Source: Rebecca billardiae RCC1528
Taxonomy: Eukaryota > Protista > Haptophyta
DNA: 64,000 bases
Reading direction: 5' to 3'
Assembly (NCBI GenBank): GCA_965240325.2
Contig: OZ251226.1
Location: forward strand, 558,001-622,000
The position numbers and the translations under genes were made by a program. The notes below the pieces were generated by a model. That model was given only the letters and a program-made list of their open reading frames with translations, was not told where the DNA came from and searched no databases. This document shows, in pieces, positions 34,310 through 46,543 of the stretch (position 1 is the first letter of the stretch; every line of letters begins with the position of its first letter).

Positions 34310-35381
34310 ATGACGCACCTGGACCCGCACCACGTCCGGCACGTGGCGCGGGGTTTGCTCCCGTCGAAGCAGATCGTGTTCATTCGGCACGGGCAGTCGA
34401 TCGCGAACGCCGAGAGCGAGATTGCTGATGAGGATCACGCCAACCCCAAGTATTTTGACGCGCGCATGACCGAGCTGGGGCAAAACCAGGCGAGCAGCTG
34501 GGCGGGCGTCGCGCCGACGTGGGACATCGAGGAGGTGTACGTCTCGCCCCTCACCCGTGCCCTGGAGACCGCCTGCCGGATCTTCGAGCACTGCGACTGC
34601 GACATGCACGTGACGCCGTACGCTCGCGAGGGCTGGGTGCATTGCTTCGAGAACCGCGGGCGCTTGCTGCCCGAGCTCGAGAACGGCACCGCCAGCGCGG
34701 AGATAGTCGCGCGATATCCCGTGCTCGGTAAGCAGCAATGGCCTGCCCTCGCCGACCTCCCGGGCGCGCACAAGCTGCGCGGGCTCAAGCAGCTCGCCGT
34801 GCCCCTGCCGCAGCGGTGGGATGCTGCGGAGGAGGAGGGGCGAGCAAAGGACGAGGAGGGGCTCTTCGCCAGGTGGAAGGAGGGCATCGACGACCTGAAG
34901 CACCAGCTCCTCCAGTCGAGCGCCTCGCGCATCGCCGTCGTCTGCCACTGGGGCATCATCTGGGAGCTGACCGGCGTCGACTGCGAGAACTGCTCACTCG
35001 TCCCGACTGTGGTGCAGGGGAGCACGGGCGATGAATGGTCGTGCACCGTGTGCGAGCCGATCATGGAGCACCCGCCCTTGGGTGCGCGCCGCGCGTCTCG
35101 AGCCGCGCGGCCGCCCCAGCGCAGCACGCAGGCTCGCCCCCGCCGGCTCCGCCTGCGGCGCCATTGCCGCGCGCGCTGCGCTGCGCCGCTGCCGCGCGTG
35201 CACCGCTCACGCCCGCCACCCGGCCGGGCGGTCACGCGCGCACGCCGTTGCTGCAGGCATTCGCGCTTATGACCACGAGCAGGCGCAGAGCCCACAGACT
35301 CCGACGCATGCGCACGCGAAGATGGCCGCCGCGCACGGGTTCACCGCGGATGCGGCAGCGTGCGCAACGGTCAACAAGTGA
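34310..35381 (+). CDS. Histidine phosphatase (phosphoglycerate-mutase-like); intron 35082-35256
   Basis: FIRHGQS..N, D..MTELG..QA, VSPLTRALET, IAVVCHWGII. Confidence 0.85.
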
Positions 35382-36212
35382 TGGCCGGTCCACTGGGCCC
35401 GGTCGTGGGCGCGGGGCTGCGCGCGGCCCTACGACCGCCGCCACGGCACATGGGCGTATTGCGATTAGCGCATGGCGAAGGCGATGCACAGCGACACACC
35501 GACGGGGCACCGTCTACGGGCTACAGGGGGGTCCAGATGAAGTTGGGGAGTTTTGAAGGGAAGCCATGGCGGGCATGAATGGCCGTCCCACCGCGATCCA
35601 AGGCGCGAGTGCAACGTCCGGGACAGGGGGGCGTTGCACTCGCCGGTCGGCGTCGCCGTACGAGCGCGCGTGCGTGAGTGACAGCTTCCCTTCCGACTTT
35701 TCGACCACTCTCACGTCCACGTCCACGTCATCGTGTGACCGGCGCGCGCGAGACTGCGCATGGGAAGGATGGGCAAGTAGTGGGCAGGATCACCCTTCTG
35801 ATGGCTGTGTTGACCTCTGGGGCATGCCAGGCGAGGGTGCAGACCTATCAATGTTCTGCCTGACCCCACAAGTCGTGAGTCTGACGATCAATGTTGGCTA
35901 CGCGGTAGTCGTGCGACCGCCGTCCGACACGGCTGCCATGCGATTACGCGTGGCGTGTGCGCGCCTGTCAACGGCGGGGTGATCAACGACCGGCATGGCT
36001 AGCAAGCTGGTCAGTGATAGCAGCAGCCTTCTCTGGGACCACTCCGCGCGATTTGGCGACCTCGCCACGGCTCAATGCCCGTCCAGAGGCACGGACGTGC
36101 CGCACTACCTGGCCAGCCACCATCGAAGTACCCGCCACCATCTGGCCGTACCGTATGTGGTTCAACCTCCGTTCTGCTGCCATTCCCGGTCGGTATTATG
36201 ACGCTCCCGAGA

Positions 36213-36306
36213 CGGGCGTGAGACTGTCCGCCGTGCCGACTCCCTCCCCCGTCCCCGTGCGGGCGTGAGACTGTCCGCCGTGCCGACTCCCTCCCCCGTC
36301 CCCGTG
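36213..36306. repeat. Tandem duplication of a ~46-48-bp unit
   Basis: GGGCGTGAGACTGTCCGCCGTGCCGACTCCCTCCCCCGTCCCCGTG occurs twice. Confidence 0.85.
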
Positions 36307-37129
36307 GCCGAGGTGGAGCCGGGAGGGCTCGCCGATCGCTGTGACTTGAGAGTGAGCTAGTGAGCTAGCGGCTCTGGCTCCGGTTGACCCCTGCCAGTCC
36401 GGTCATAGAAACCGGGCGTACCGAAAATGATCATCGCATTCCTGATGCGGCCGAATAGTGATTAGTGAAGGCGCCCGAAACTACAGATGATTGAAAGTGT
36501 CCCGTGCCCGTGGAGGCACCGTGGACGCGTCACGCGACCTAATGCCACGCGACCCCAAGTGCGGGCCGGTTGCTATGTCAGATGCGGGCGCATGAGACGC
36601 ACACAGCTCAGGCAGGCGAGTAATAAGGACATCTCACTTGACATCTGGCCCGAGACTAGGGGCACAGTCTCGGCAGGGTCCGATAGCTAGTAGCTACTCA
36701 AATAACTCATAGTCTTACCGATACGGACCGGCGCAGGCGGCCCGGTCTGCCCCCGGAGGCCGCGTGAACCAGACACCACTGTCACCAGACGCAGACCATA
36801 TTCATACTATTCAGTAAGGTAGTGAGTGATGTAAGTCAGTAGCTGCCTCTCTAGTCTCTAACGGATCATGGGGTAAGTCCGTTAGTCCCACTCTGACTCA
36901 CCCTGACCCAGGGCGCGCCCGAAGTCTCAGATAGGGCCGCCGCTGTCACGCTGTGGCGGGCTTGACCGCAACTTGGCCAGTGGCCGCTGCCCGAGCGCGG
37001 CCCCCTTGGTTGGCCTTAAATGGCTTAATGGAGCTCGAGAAACTTCCGGTCTGACTCTGAGCCCTGCTCGTTTACTACTCTGCTCATCAGGATTCAGGCG
37101 GGCGGCGCGGTAATTCTGCGAGTGCGAGC

Positions 37130-37332
37130 GTGACCGAGCGTGACCGAGCGTGACAGAGGCGCGGAGTCCGGGGGCGGCTGCCCTGGCGCCAGGCCGCCAG
37201 GCCCCCAGGAGGAGCCCCCCCTGTGACAACGTGACAGCGTGACAGCGTGACAGCGTGACAGCTCACTGAGTCCGGGTGGGCGCGGAGTCCGGGGTGCTGC
37301 CCTGGGCCCTGGCGCCAGGCCGCCAGGCCCCC
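37130..37332. repeat. Compound minisatellite: (GTGACCGAGC)n, (GTGACAGC)n and a duplicated GGCGCGGAGTCCGGGG...GGCGCCAGGCCGCCAGGCCCC unit
   Basis: Directly visible tandem units. Confidence 0.75.
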
Positions 37333-37484
37333 TTTGAATAATAAACACGCGCGATTAAAAGTAGAGTGGAGTTCAGGGTGGTGCGGTGCCGCTGCGGAAC
37401 CTTTAAAATTCCCCTTTATAACGGGCTCCGACTCAATCGCCAACCGCAAGGGCGTTCACACTTCACACTACTGATTTGAAGACG

Positions 37485-38333
37485 ATGGCGGGTCGTGGCG
37501 CGGACAGCTACGTCGAGCACGTGCGTTCGCAGGCGGCCGAGTTTCGCTCGAGCGCGGAGGAGCTCGCAGCCCGTCGTCAGCGCCTCCTCTCTGAGCAGCG
37601 TCACCTCGTTCCGCGAGCTCCGAGTCCGGGCCCACGCAGCCCGGCACGTGGTGGCTATGCGGCGCGAGGCAAGCTCACGCTGCACGCGGACCGCGGTGCG
37701 CCACCTTCGCAGGAGCGCGCGAGGCCGTCGTCAGCGCAGGGCGGCAGTACGCGCCGCCCGGACTCTGCTCCACGTCAATCGCCCTCGCCACCTCCCTCGG
37801 GCGCTCACACAGCCAGGGAGCCTGGTTCCACGCGCTCGACACGCTATCGCGAGATGCAGCACACGGCTTCGCGCCTGCTCGCCGAGCTCGAGCGGTCGGA
37901 TCGTGAGTGGCGCTTCTACGTGGGCAAGCTGGAGAAGCGAGTGGCGGCGCTCGAGGGTGAGAACCACAAGCTGAGGCAACATCTCGACGAGGTGCGCTCC
38001 GTCACGCCTGGCGTAAAGTTCTCGCTCTCCGACGGGCAGCAGGATCTGGAGCCGACGCGAGACCCGCCGCTCGGGCTCACCGCGTATGCAAACGCGTACG
38101 TGAACGTCTCGCCCGTGAGGGCCGCGTTTCTCGACAGGCAGGCTGGCTCGCCGTACCGCGCGCAGCGCGAGTGGGGCTCGGCGCAGGCCGACGTGGCCCG
38201 TGAGCGCATGCTGCAGCACTCGCGGGAGGTGTCCGCCCAACTGTCACTCGCAAGTCGAGAGATCCTTGATCAGCCAATGGCGCGCATGCGGCCGCGCTCC
38301 GAGCTCATCTCGCTTTCCACGCGCCGTTGGTAG
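37485..38333 (+). CDS. Hypothetical coiled-coil protein
   Basis: Intronless ORF with heptad-like LEKRVAALEGENHKLRQHL; AT-rich upstream segment. Confidence 0.65.
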   Translation: MAGRGADSYVEHVRSQAAEFRSSAEELAARRQRLLSEQRHLVPRAPSPGPRSPARGGYAARGKLTLHADRGAPPSQERARPSSAQGGSTRRPDSAPRQSPSPPPSGAHTAREPGSTRSTRYREMQHTASRLLAELERSDREWRFYVGKLEKRVAALEGENHKLRQHLDEVRSVTPGVKFSLSDGQQDLEPTRDPPLGLTAYANAYVNVSPVRAAFLDRQAGSPYRAQREWGSAQADVARERMLQHSREVSAQLSLASREILDQPMARMRPRSELISLSTRRW

Positions 38334-39020
38334 CTCGGTTCTTCTCTGCCGAGTCGCCCACGCACCGTCGGCGTCGTCGGCAATCATCGTGCCGCGGTCT
38401 GCAGCGCAGCACGCGCGCCTAAACGCGCGGCCGATGCATTGCTATATTTGGCCTATTTGAAAATATTTGCTGCGCGCTGTCTGAGTACTGCATGACAGGC
38501 TGTCTCCGTCCACAGTTGCTAAGCTATAGTGTCAGATCAGTGTCCGAACTTATGTCGCGTGGCGTCAAGCTGCTATAGTAGTAGCTACTAGTTAATACTA
38601 ATAGAGTAATTAATAAACTGATGTATAACTAGTGTCACTACTTAGTGTGAGTCACTGAGTACTCAGCACTCTGAGAGTAGTCCGGTGCGGACGTGAGTAG
38701 TTTGCCAGTGATAAGCTGCTACTGCTATACTCATACAGTGATACACTCATCATCATACAGGATTCATCGTCCCGTTTACTCCCTTAATTAGAGTATAAGA
38801 GTAGCAGGCCGCAGCCGCCGAGGCCCAGCGCCAGCGGCCAGCCCGGGCCAGGGGCCCAGTACTCAGTAGGCAGTAGGGCCCGTCCGGTCAGGCCGAACTG
38901 GAACACTCACAAAGTCACACTGTCACTGTGAGTGTGACACTGAGCCTGGCAAGGCACTCGTCGTCTGCTGATTAGTCTCATGCACCCAGTCACCTGCTAC
39001 TCATAATAGTTAGCATCGGA

Positions 39021-40296
39021 TCATCGTCGATCACCGTGACCGGATGAGCAGAGTGATAGATCAGCACCGCCACTGGCACTAGGCCCGGCCTTCACCGAGT
39101 TCGCCGGTGAGCCACTGCCGGCAACGAGAAGCGAAAGCGACTCCGCTTGCTCCTCCTCGTCCATCGTGTCTCGCGGCGTGCTCGCCACAGACCCACCTAG
39201 CATTTTGCCCGCAGGGCCGCCGCCTGTCGCCGCCTGTGCGTCGCGGAACTGCGTGTATTTGTACCATGTGTACAGCATGATGCCAACGAAAGCGACGCTG
39301 TAACCCACCCACTGCGAGAACTGCACGACGCTGTTGAAGACATGCGCCGAGAAGACAATGACGAGCCAGTCCTTTGCCACGCCCACCACCTGCCAGCACG
39401 CGGGTGGAGTGCGCCAGGCGCGCGCACGCGCGCACAGCTCATCAGCACAGCTCACTCACCACCGTTGCTGCCGCCAGCTGTAAATCGTGGGGCGCAGCAT
39501 CTCGTGCGCAGCAGGGCGCGCAGAGCTCGCGGCGCACCTTGAGCGTGAGCGCCGACGTCTGCTTGACGAGCACGAGGCTCGACACGTTGAGCATGAACGC
39601 GCAGACGCCGTTGAGCAGCAGCAGCCTGGCGCTCGCGCCGCGCGCGTCCCACACGCGCGCGAGCTCGGCGCCCTCAAAGTAGAGCGCGACGGGTGCGACG
39701 CAGACGAAGCAGATGGGCGACGTGTAGTACACGCCCGACAGGCCGCTCAGCTTCACGCCCGAGTTGGAGTACAGCAGCTCGACCATGACCAGCCTCAGCG
39801 CCTCCAGGCAGACAGAGACGAAAATCATCACGAAGCCAAAGAGCACGAAGTCGAGCTCACCGTAGATGGCGAGCGCGACGCCGCCGCTGGTGATCAGCAC
39901 GATCGCGGCGAGGAGCAGCGAGGGCTTCTCGAGCCCGAAGAAGAAGGAGAGTAGGAGCACGATCGCGGGCGTCCACGCCTTCACCATCTGGATGAACGAG
40001 ACGGTGAGGTACAGGAACGCCTCGTTGCCCGTGCACACCGCCGACGCAAACAGGACGCCCACGGGCAGGACCAGCCGCCTGATCATGTCGACGCTGAGGG
40101 AGGTGTCGACGTAGCCGGCTAATCTAAACGCGCTCGCGATCGAGAAGCTCATGAACATGTGCATCGCGACCAGGCAGAGCGGGAGTGGGAAGCCGCCATA
40201 GACCATGAGCCATTTGTTGAACAGAATGAGGCCGACGCTCAGCCCCACCCACTGCGCGATGGCGACGGCCTTCGTGAGCCACGCCAGCCCTGGCAT
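39021..40296 (-). CDS. Triose-phosphate/nucleotide-sugar transporter family (DMT, TPT-like); intron 39537-39390
   Basis: ILFNKWL..FPLP..L..MHM, GNEAFLYLTVSFIQMVKAWTP, TSALTLK|VVGVAKD. Confidence 0.9.
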
Positions 40297-40558
40297 GCGC
40301 CCACCCGGCCACGCCCACGCGAGGGCGGCGGCGCGGAGACGAGGAGCTGTGGACCTCGCGGCGCGTGCCGAGGGCGCCGCCGCGGAGGTGCACGCGGCAC
40401 TTCAACCGCACCGCGCGCGGGAGTGTTCAGAATCAGAATACTGTATCGTCACGATGGCGGCCGCTGTTAAAAGATTCCGGTCACTGCATCCAACATTGTG
40501 CCGCAGACTCGCGCGCATTACCCACCGAACTGGGAGCTGCGTAAGCGCGCACGGAAGC

Positions 40559-42941
40559 ATGGCGACGGCGCTCGCGCAGCGCGAGGAATGGGAGCTGGGG
40601 AACCGCAGATGGATCCGCGAGAAGGTGATCGCGTTGTACGAGCGGCTCTTCGACAGCGCTGCCCCAGCCGGCGCGTATGCACCGCTCCCGGAGGAGTTCT
40701 GGCGTGAGCTGCTGCTGCTCAAGGTGAATCGGCTGTGGCTCTTCCAGCGCGTCGTTGCGATGTCGGAGGAGGACATCCTCGGCGGGACGAAGCCGCTTTT
40801 TCGGGATATCCTGCTGCGCTGTCGCGTCGCGCTGCACTCGGACGACGAGCTGCACGCCGCCCACGCCCTCGAGATGCTCAGCGCGATGCTGAGCGGCCTG
40901 GGCATGAAGTCGTTCGCCGATCCCGGCTCGGACACGCTCGAGGTGTTCTGCGGGATCCAGCAGGTGGACCCGGTGATGCGCGACCTGCTCGGCTCGCTCG
41001 TCCGCTTCCTGCGCTCCGACCACATGGAGCGCCGTGCCGGCGCGCTGCAGTGCCTGCTCACGCTCGCGACGCTCACGACCAACATCAACCAGAACATCCT
41101 GACCGAGTTCATGATGGCCGAGGACGTGGTGCGCGAGGTGTTCGGCATCCTGCACGCGGCGGAGCCCGGCTCGGAGGTGTTGTGCGAGCAGGCACGCCGC
41201 TGCGCCGCGCCGCCGCCGCCCGCGCGCCGCCCTGCCGCCGCCATCGTGCGCGAGCGCGTGGCGCGCGCGCAGCCAGCGGGTTTGCTTACGCCCTGGCCGA
41301 GCGCTCACGCGCGCGCCTCGCGCCGCGCGCGCCGCCGCGCAGGCGCTCAAGCTGAGCGTGCTCATGAGCTGCTACCAGAAGTACGAGTCGTCGAACGCGT
41401 ACCTGCGCGTGCTCCGCGGCGCGCAGACCGTCCCGCAGCTGCACGCGCTCCTCCAGCCCGCCGTGCGCAAGCTGAGCGAGTGCACTGCCGTCTGCATCGA
41501 GGGTCCGGCCGCGACCGAGCTCACCGTCACAGGCGCAGTCGTGTGGGCGCTGCAGCGGGGGCTGGAGGTGCTCACGCTCGACGAGCTGATGGGCGAGCGG
41601 CGCGTGACGATCGACTCCGCGCTGCAGATTTCCACGCGCTCCGCCATGTACGCCGCCCTGCTCACCGCGTACGAGGCGGTCACGGGCAACCCGGCGCTCG
41701 TGGCACAGGCCTTCTACAGTGCCGCGGGGCAGGCGGACGTGTCGGCCCTGGGGAACGGGCACGCGCGCGCCAAGCCGGCCGAGGCGAGGAGCGCGGCGGG
41801 CGGCGCGGGGGCGGGGGCGAACGGCAAGCCCGCCCTCGCCAACGGCGACGCGAGCCCGCAGCGCGCGGCCGACGCGCCCGCCGCTCCGGCCGGCTCGATC
41901 GCCGAGCCGCTCTCGGATCGGGCGACCGTGCACTGCGCGGCGCTGAGGCATGTGCTGACGCTGGCCTCGCTCGTCTCGCTCGAGGTGAAGAGGCCGGCGG
42001 CTGTGTCCGAGGCGCACCTGTGCATGCTCACGCTGCTCGCGGCCGCGTCCACGCAGCAGGCGGTGCGCGTGATGCACGCCTCCAACCTCGGCGGCAATCT
42101 CGAGATCTGGCGCGTCGAGCGCACGACGCCGGTCGCGCGGCGCACGGCGCGCAACGCGACGCTCGCGAGCGCCATCTATGAGGTGGTCACGCTGATGCTG
42201 TCGCAGAACATCCGGAACCGCGCGGTGCCCACCGACGCGTTCCAGGCGGCGCTGCTGCTCACGCAGCGCCTGATGGGCTGGGAGCAGCAGACCTCGACCA
42301 AGCTCGCCGACGTGCCGTGGCAGCAGCTGTGGATGGCGGTCGTGAGCAGCCTACTGCACATTGCGCCTCTGCTGGAGGAGGCGGAGGGCGAGGCGCGGAG
42401 CACGCTCAACGCGCTGTGCCACAGGGTGCGCCGCCGCGCACGGCGCGCGGCGCGGCGCGGCGCGGCGCGGCCTCGCTCATGCCCCTCGCCGCCCCCGCGC
42501 CCCCGCCCACCGCAGCACCTGCTCGTGATGAACATGGTGCTGGTGCACGGCGCGTCCTTCTTGCCGCAGGCGGCGCTGCAGCAGCAGTTTGCGTACGAGG
42601 TTGTCAGGCTGCACGTCGACTTCGAGAAGCTGTTCGACGTGGGCAAGCGGTGCGACCCGAGCGGGCGGCTCAAGAAGGCGCTCGCGCTCGTGCAGCGCAT
42701 CATCGTGATGACCCTCGAGCGGCTCGACGGGCCGTCGCACTCGCAGTCGCAGGTGATGAGCGCGCTGCAGGAGCTGCAGCTCGAGGTCGAGCCGCAGATG
42801 GCCGCGTCGCTGCACAAGTGGCAGCTCCCGCCGGAGAACCCGACGCACGTCTCCTTCTTCCAGGCCGTGAGCAGGCAGCTCATCTCGGGCTACCGAACCG
42901 ATGGCACGCTCGAGCTCGCTGGCGGAGCGGCGCAGGGCTGA
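40559..42941 (+). CDS. ARMH3: ARMH3/C10orf76 (UPF0668)-like armadillo-like protein; introns 41192-41342 (GC-AG), 42426-42515
   Basis: REKVIALYERLF..FWRELLLLKVN, NINQNILTEF, YQKYESSNAY, GASFLP..YEVVR. Confidence 0.8.
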
Positions 42942-43464
42942 GCGCCTGGCCCGGGGCGGTCCCGCGCCCACGGCCCACCGTGGCCCACGTCGGACGTGGC
43001 GCGTGCTGCACCGTCTGAGTCAGAGTGAGGTCTACGGAGCAGCACAGTGACAGTGTCTGCAGTGAGCACGCAGCAGCAGCCTCACAGACGATCATCGGAC
43101 TTGGCAGCGGGCCGCACGTGACAGCGCCAGCCTGTGCTGAGCGCGTTGGCTGTTGCTTATATGACGCATCATCAGCTGAGGGTGGACATATCGAAGTTGT
43201 CAGGTCGCAGCTGTCGCAGCTGTCGATGGCCTCGATCAGTCGATGGGCGCGGCGGCAGGCTGCAGCCGCGCCGATTTTCGACGTTGTTGGAGAAAATAAT
43301 CCAAAATAATTCCGCGTCGCGAATCGGGACGACGAAGCGACCGACCGACCGTTGACCGTCCTCAATTTTCGAGCGCTCGCTGCTGCTCGCACGAGGTGGT
43401 CGTTTGAGCTGCTCGAACGGCGACACGCGCTCGAAGCCGCACACGCCGAGCGCAGCTGTCTGAA

Positions 43465-46464
43465 ATGGCATCGGACGACGGGCGCAAGGGTCTTGGGCTC
43501 GAGCGCGACTGCTCCGCCGCGCTGCGCGTGCCGTGCCTCCCGCCCGACGCCCCCGCCGCGCCGACCCCCGCCGACATGCTGCTGCCGTTGCGGCCGCATC
43601 AACAGCGCGCGCTGCACCGCTGTCTGCTGATCGAGCGCGACGGCTCGCTGCGCGGCGAGTTCGGCGTGACGCGCCGCACGCTCGAGGGTGAGGTGAGTGT
43701 CGACTACACCAGCCGCGGCGGCGTGCTCGCCGACCAGGTGGGCATGGGGAAGACGGCGACGGCGCTCGCGCTCGCTCTCGCCTCTGAGGAGCCCGGCCCG
43801 ACGCTCGTCATCGCGCCGTCGCACCTGCTGCACCAGTGGGCCGACGAGGCGCGCAAGTTCGTGCGGCCGGATGCGATCCCTGTGATCGTCGGCGCCGACG
43901 CGCTCGCCGCCACGCCCGCCTCCAAGCTCGCCGGCACGCGCGCGCTCGTGCTGGTCGACGTGCAGCAAGCCGTGGGCGCCGACCGGCTGTGGTACGACTT
44001 CCGCCGCGTCTTCCGCGAGCCGGGCGCGCGCGAGCTGTGCGTGAGCGAGGAGAAGCGCGCCTTGTACCGCGCGTGCGCCGGCTTCTGCGTCAAGTCGCCC
44101 AAGGGCCCGTGCTCGTACACCGGCTGGGTGTACACCGGCGCGCTCTTCGAGCCGGCCGTGCCGTGGCGGCGCGTCGTGTTCGACGAGGTGCAGGACCTGG
44201 TCCGGGAGGGCTCGGACTCGCAGAAGTGCCTGCTGCAGCTGACGCGCACGGCGCGCAGCGTGTGGCTGCTCTCGGCCACCCCCTTCCCGCACGGCAACGC
44301 CTCGGTCCACGCCAACCACGAGCTGCTCGGCCTGACGCGGCTGCGCCTCGACGTGGAGCAGCAGGCCGAGCTGCCGGACGCGCATCCGTTCGAGGCCATC
44401 AAGCGCAAGCTGTACATCCGCTCGCCCGGCCGCGTGCGCGCGGAGGCGGTGGAGGCGAGCGCGCGCGTGGAGCACGCCACGCTGCGCGTCGAGACCAACG
44501 AGATCGAGCGCCACTTCTACCAGGCCGCGCTCGCCGAGGCGCGCGAGCACGCGGGCGGCGCCGCGCCGCCGGGCTTTGGCGCCGCGTGGGAGCCGCTGCG
44601 GCAGCTGACTTGCCACCCGGAGGCGAGCGCGGCGGTGCGCGAGGCGGCGGGCGGCGACGACGGGTTCTCGTCCGTCGGGCTGCGCTCGTTCGCGCGGCGC
44701 ACGCTCGACGAGTCCCGCACGCGTGCGCGCGCGCTCAAGATCGAGGCGGGCGCCGCGCGCGACGCGCTCGCCGTCACCGAGCGCTCGCACCGGTGCGCCG
44801 CGGCGCTGCTCAACGTGCGCGCGAGCGGCGCGTCGGTCGCGGCGTACTTTGGCGGCGGGGCGGGCGGCGCGGAGGCGGGTGGGACGGGCGCGGACGAGCG
44901 GGTGCGGCTGACCGTGCACGACCTCCTCTGCCCCGACGCCGAGCGCTGCGCCAAGCGCCGCTTCACGAACCCGGCGGGGCTGATGTCGTGCAAGGCAGTG
45001 CGCATGCGGCGCGTGCTCAGCGAAGAGGCGCGCGCGCGCTCGATGCCCGAGTTCCTCGTGGGCGGGCCGCAGGTGGAGGCGTACGTGCGGCAGGAGCTCG
45101 GCGCGGACGGCGCGCTGCAGCACTACGCGCACGTCACCGCGCAGACCGCCGACTCCAAGCGGCGCGCGTGCCACGCCCTCGAGGCGGAGCTGCAGCGCAC
45201 CGCGGCGCGCGCGGCCGCCCTCGACGCGATGCTCGGAGGGCTGGCCGACGCGCCCGACGCGCCCACCGGCCTCGAGCTGCAGTACGGCGCGAAGCCTGCG
45301 GCGCTGGTGCGCTTCCTGCGCGAGCTGCACGCGCGCGAGCCCGGCGCCAAGACCATCGTCTTCTCCATGTGGCACGACGTGCTCCGCCTCGTCTTCCAGA
45401 CGCTGCGGCGGTGCGGGCTGCGCGCCGCGATCCTCGACGGCGGCCGCGACCAACTCAAGGCGGCGCTCGACGCGTTCTGCGAGGGCGGCGCGGGCGGGAC
45501 CGACGTGCTGCTCATGTCCGCCAAGGCGAAGGCCTCCGGCGCCAACCTGCAGGTCGCGACGCACGTCGTGCTCCTCGACCCTGCGGGGCTCACCGCCGAG
45601 CACGGCGCCGCGTTGGAGGCGCAGGCGATCGGCCGTGCCGTGCGCATGGGCCAGGAGCGCGCGGTGACGGTCACGCGCTTCTGCGTGGGCGGCACGCTCG
45701 AGCCCGCGCTGATCGAGCAGATCGGCGCGGCGAGCCGCGCGGCGGAGGCGCGCGCGGACGACGGCGGGTACGTGTGCGAGGCCGCGGGCCGCGCGCTCCC
45801 GCCGGACAGCGGCGACGACGCCGACGCCGACTCGTCCGAGGTCGAGATCGTGCTTGCGCGCACGGCCGAGGAGAGGGAGGGGGCCAAGTGGCGCGAGGCG
45901 GAGGCGAAGGGCGCGATCGTCGAGGTGGGGATCGGCGCGGAGGACGACGAGGCGGAGCTCGAGAGCACACCCGACGCGGGGCCCGGCGGCATGCGCGCGT
46001 GCGCCGACCACCAGCCCGCCGAGCAGCCCGCCGCGAAGCGTGTCAAGCTCGAGCCTCAGCCGCTACCGTCGTCCGAGCCCGCCGCACCCTCGCCTGACCA
46101 CGCGCCGCCGCCGCCACCGCTCTTCGAGAGCCAGGAGGCGGCAGCAGCCACGCCTGAGGTGGGGCCGGCGGGTACACCTAGTGCCACGCTCGGCGGCACG
46201 ATGCGCATCACCATCGAGTACATCACGCCCGGCCCGCGCGGCCGCCCGCAGCGCAGCACGCACGTCGCCACCGCGCGCGCGGACGAGCCGCTTGCCACGG
46301 CGCTCGCCGGCTTCGAGCGGCGCGTTGGCTGGGCGGGCGGCTGCGAGTACTGGCTCGAGGGTGCCGGCGGCAAGCGCCGGTCGGTGCGCACGTGTGAGAC
46401 GCCCGCGAGGCTGGGCATCGGTGAGTACCAGCGCATGCACGCGGGGGAGGTGATTGAGCTCTGA
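43465..46464 (+). CDS. SNF2-family ATPase (Rad5/16-like) with a C-terminal ubiquitin/SUMO-like domain
   Basis: LRPHQ, GGVLADQVGMGKT, TLVIAP, WRRVVFDEVQ, WLLSATP, KTIVFS.W, GANLQVATHV, QAIGRAVRMGQ; intronless 999 aa. Confidence 0.88.
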   Translation: MASDDGRKGLGLERDCSAALRVPCLPPDAPAAPTPADMLLPLRPHQQRALHRCLLIERDGSLRGEFGVTRRTLEGEVSVDYTSRGGVLADQVGMGKTATALALALASEEPGPTLVIAPSHLLHQWADEARKFVRPDAIPVIVGADALAATPASKLAGTRALVLVDVQQAVGADRLWYDFRRVFREPGARELCVSEEKRALYRACAGFCVKSPKGPCSYTGWVYTGALFEPAVPWRRVVFDEVQDLVREGSDSQKCLLQLTRTARSVWLLSATPFPHGNASVHANHELLGLTRLRLDVEQQAELPDAHPFEAIKRKLYIRSPGRVRAEAVEASARVEHATLRVETNEIERHFYQAALAEAREHAGGAAPPGFGAAWEPLRQLTCHPEASAAVREAAGGDDGFSSVGLRSFARRTLDESRTRARALKIEAGAARDALAVTERSHRCAAALLNVRASGASVAAYFGGGAGGAEAGGTGADERVRLTVHDLLCPDAERCAKRRFTNPAGLMSCKAVRMRRVLSEEARARSMPEFLVGGPQVEAYVRQELGADGALQHYAHVTAQTADSKRRACHALEAELQRTAARAAALDAMLGGLADAPDAPTGLELQYGAKPAALVRFLRELHAREPGAKTIVFSMWHDVLRLVFQTLRRCGLRAAILDGGRDQLKAALDAFCEGGAGGTDVLLMSAKAKASGANLQVATHVVLLDPAGLTAEHGAALEAQAIGRAVRMGQERAVTVTRFCVGGTLEPALIEQIGAASRAAEARADDGGYVCEAAGRALPPDSGDDADADSSEVEIVLARTAEEREGAKWREAEAKGAIVEVGIGAEDDEAELESTPDAGPGGMRACADHQPAEQPAAKRVKLEPQPLPSSEPAAPSPDHAPPPPPLFESQEAAAATPEVGPAGTPSATLGGTMRITIEYITPGPRGRPQRSTHVATARADEPLATALAGFERRVGWAGGCEYWLEGAGGKRRSVRTCETPARLGIGEYQRMHAGEVIEL

Positions 46465-46543
46465 TCGCAGGTCACAGACAATAAAGAGCGTGCGCATCAC
46501 GCGCGCGCGCCGCTCATGCACGCTGTCGGTCGGCGGACATACA

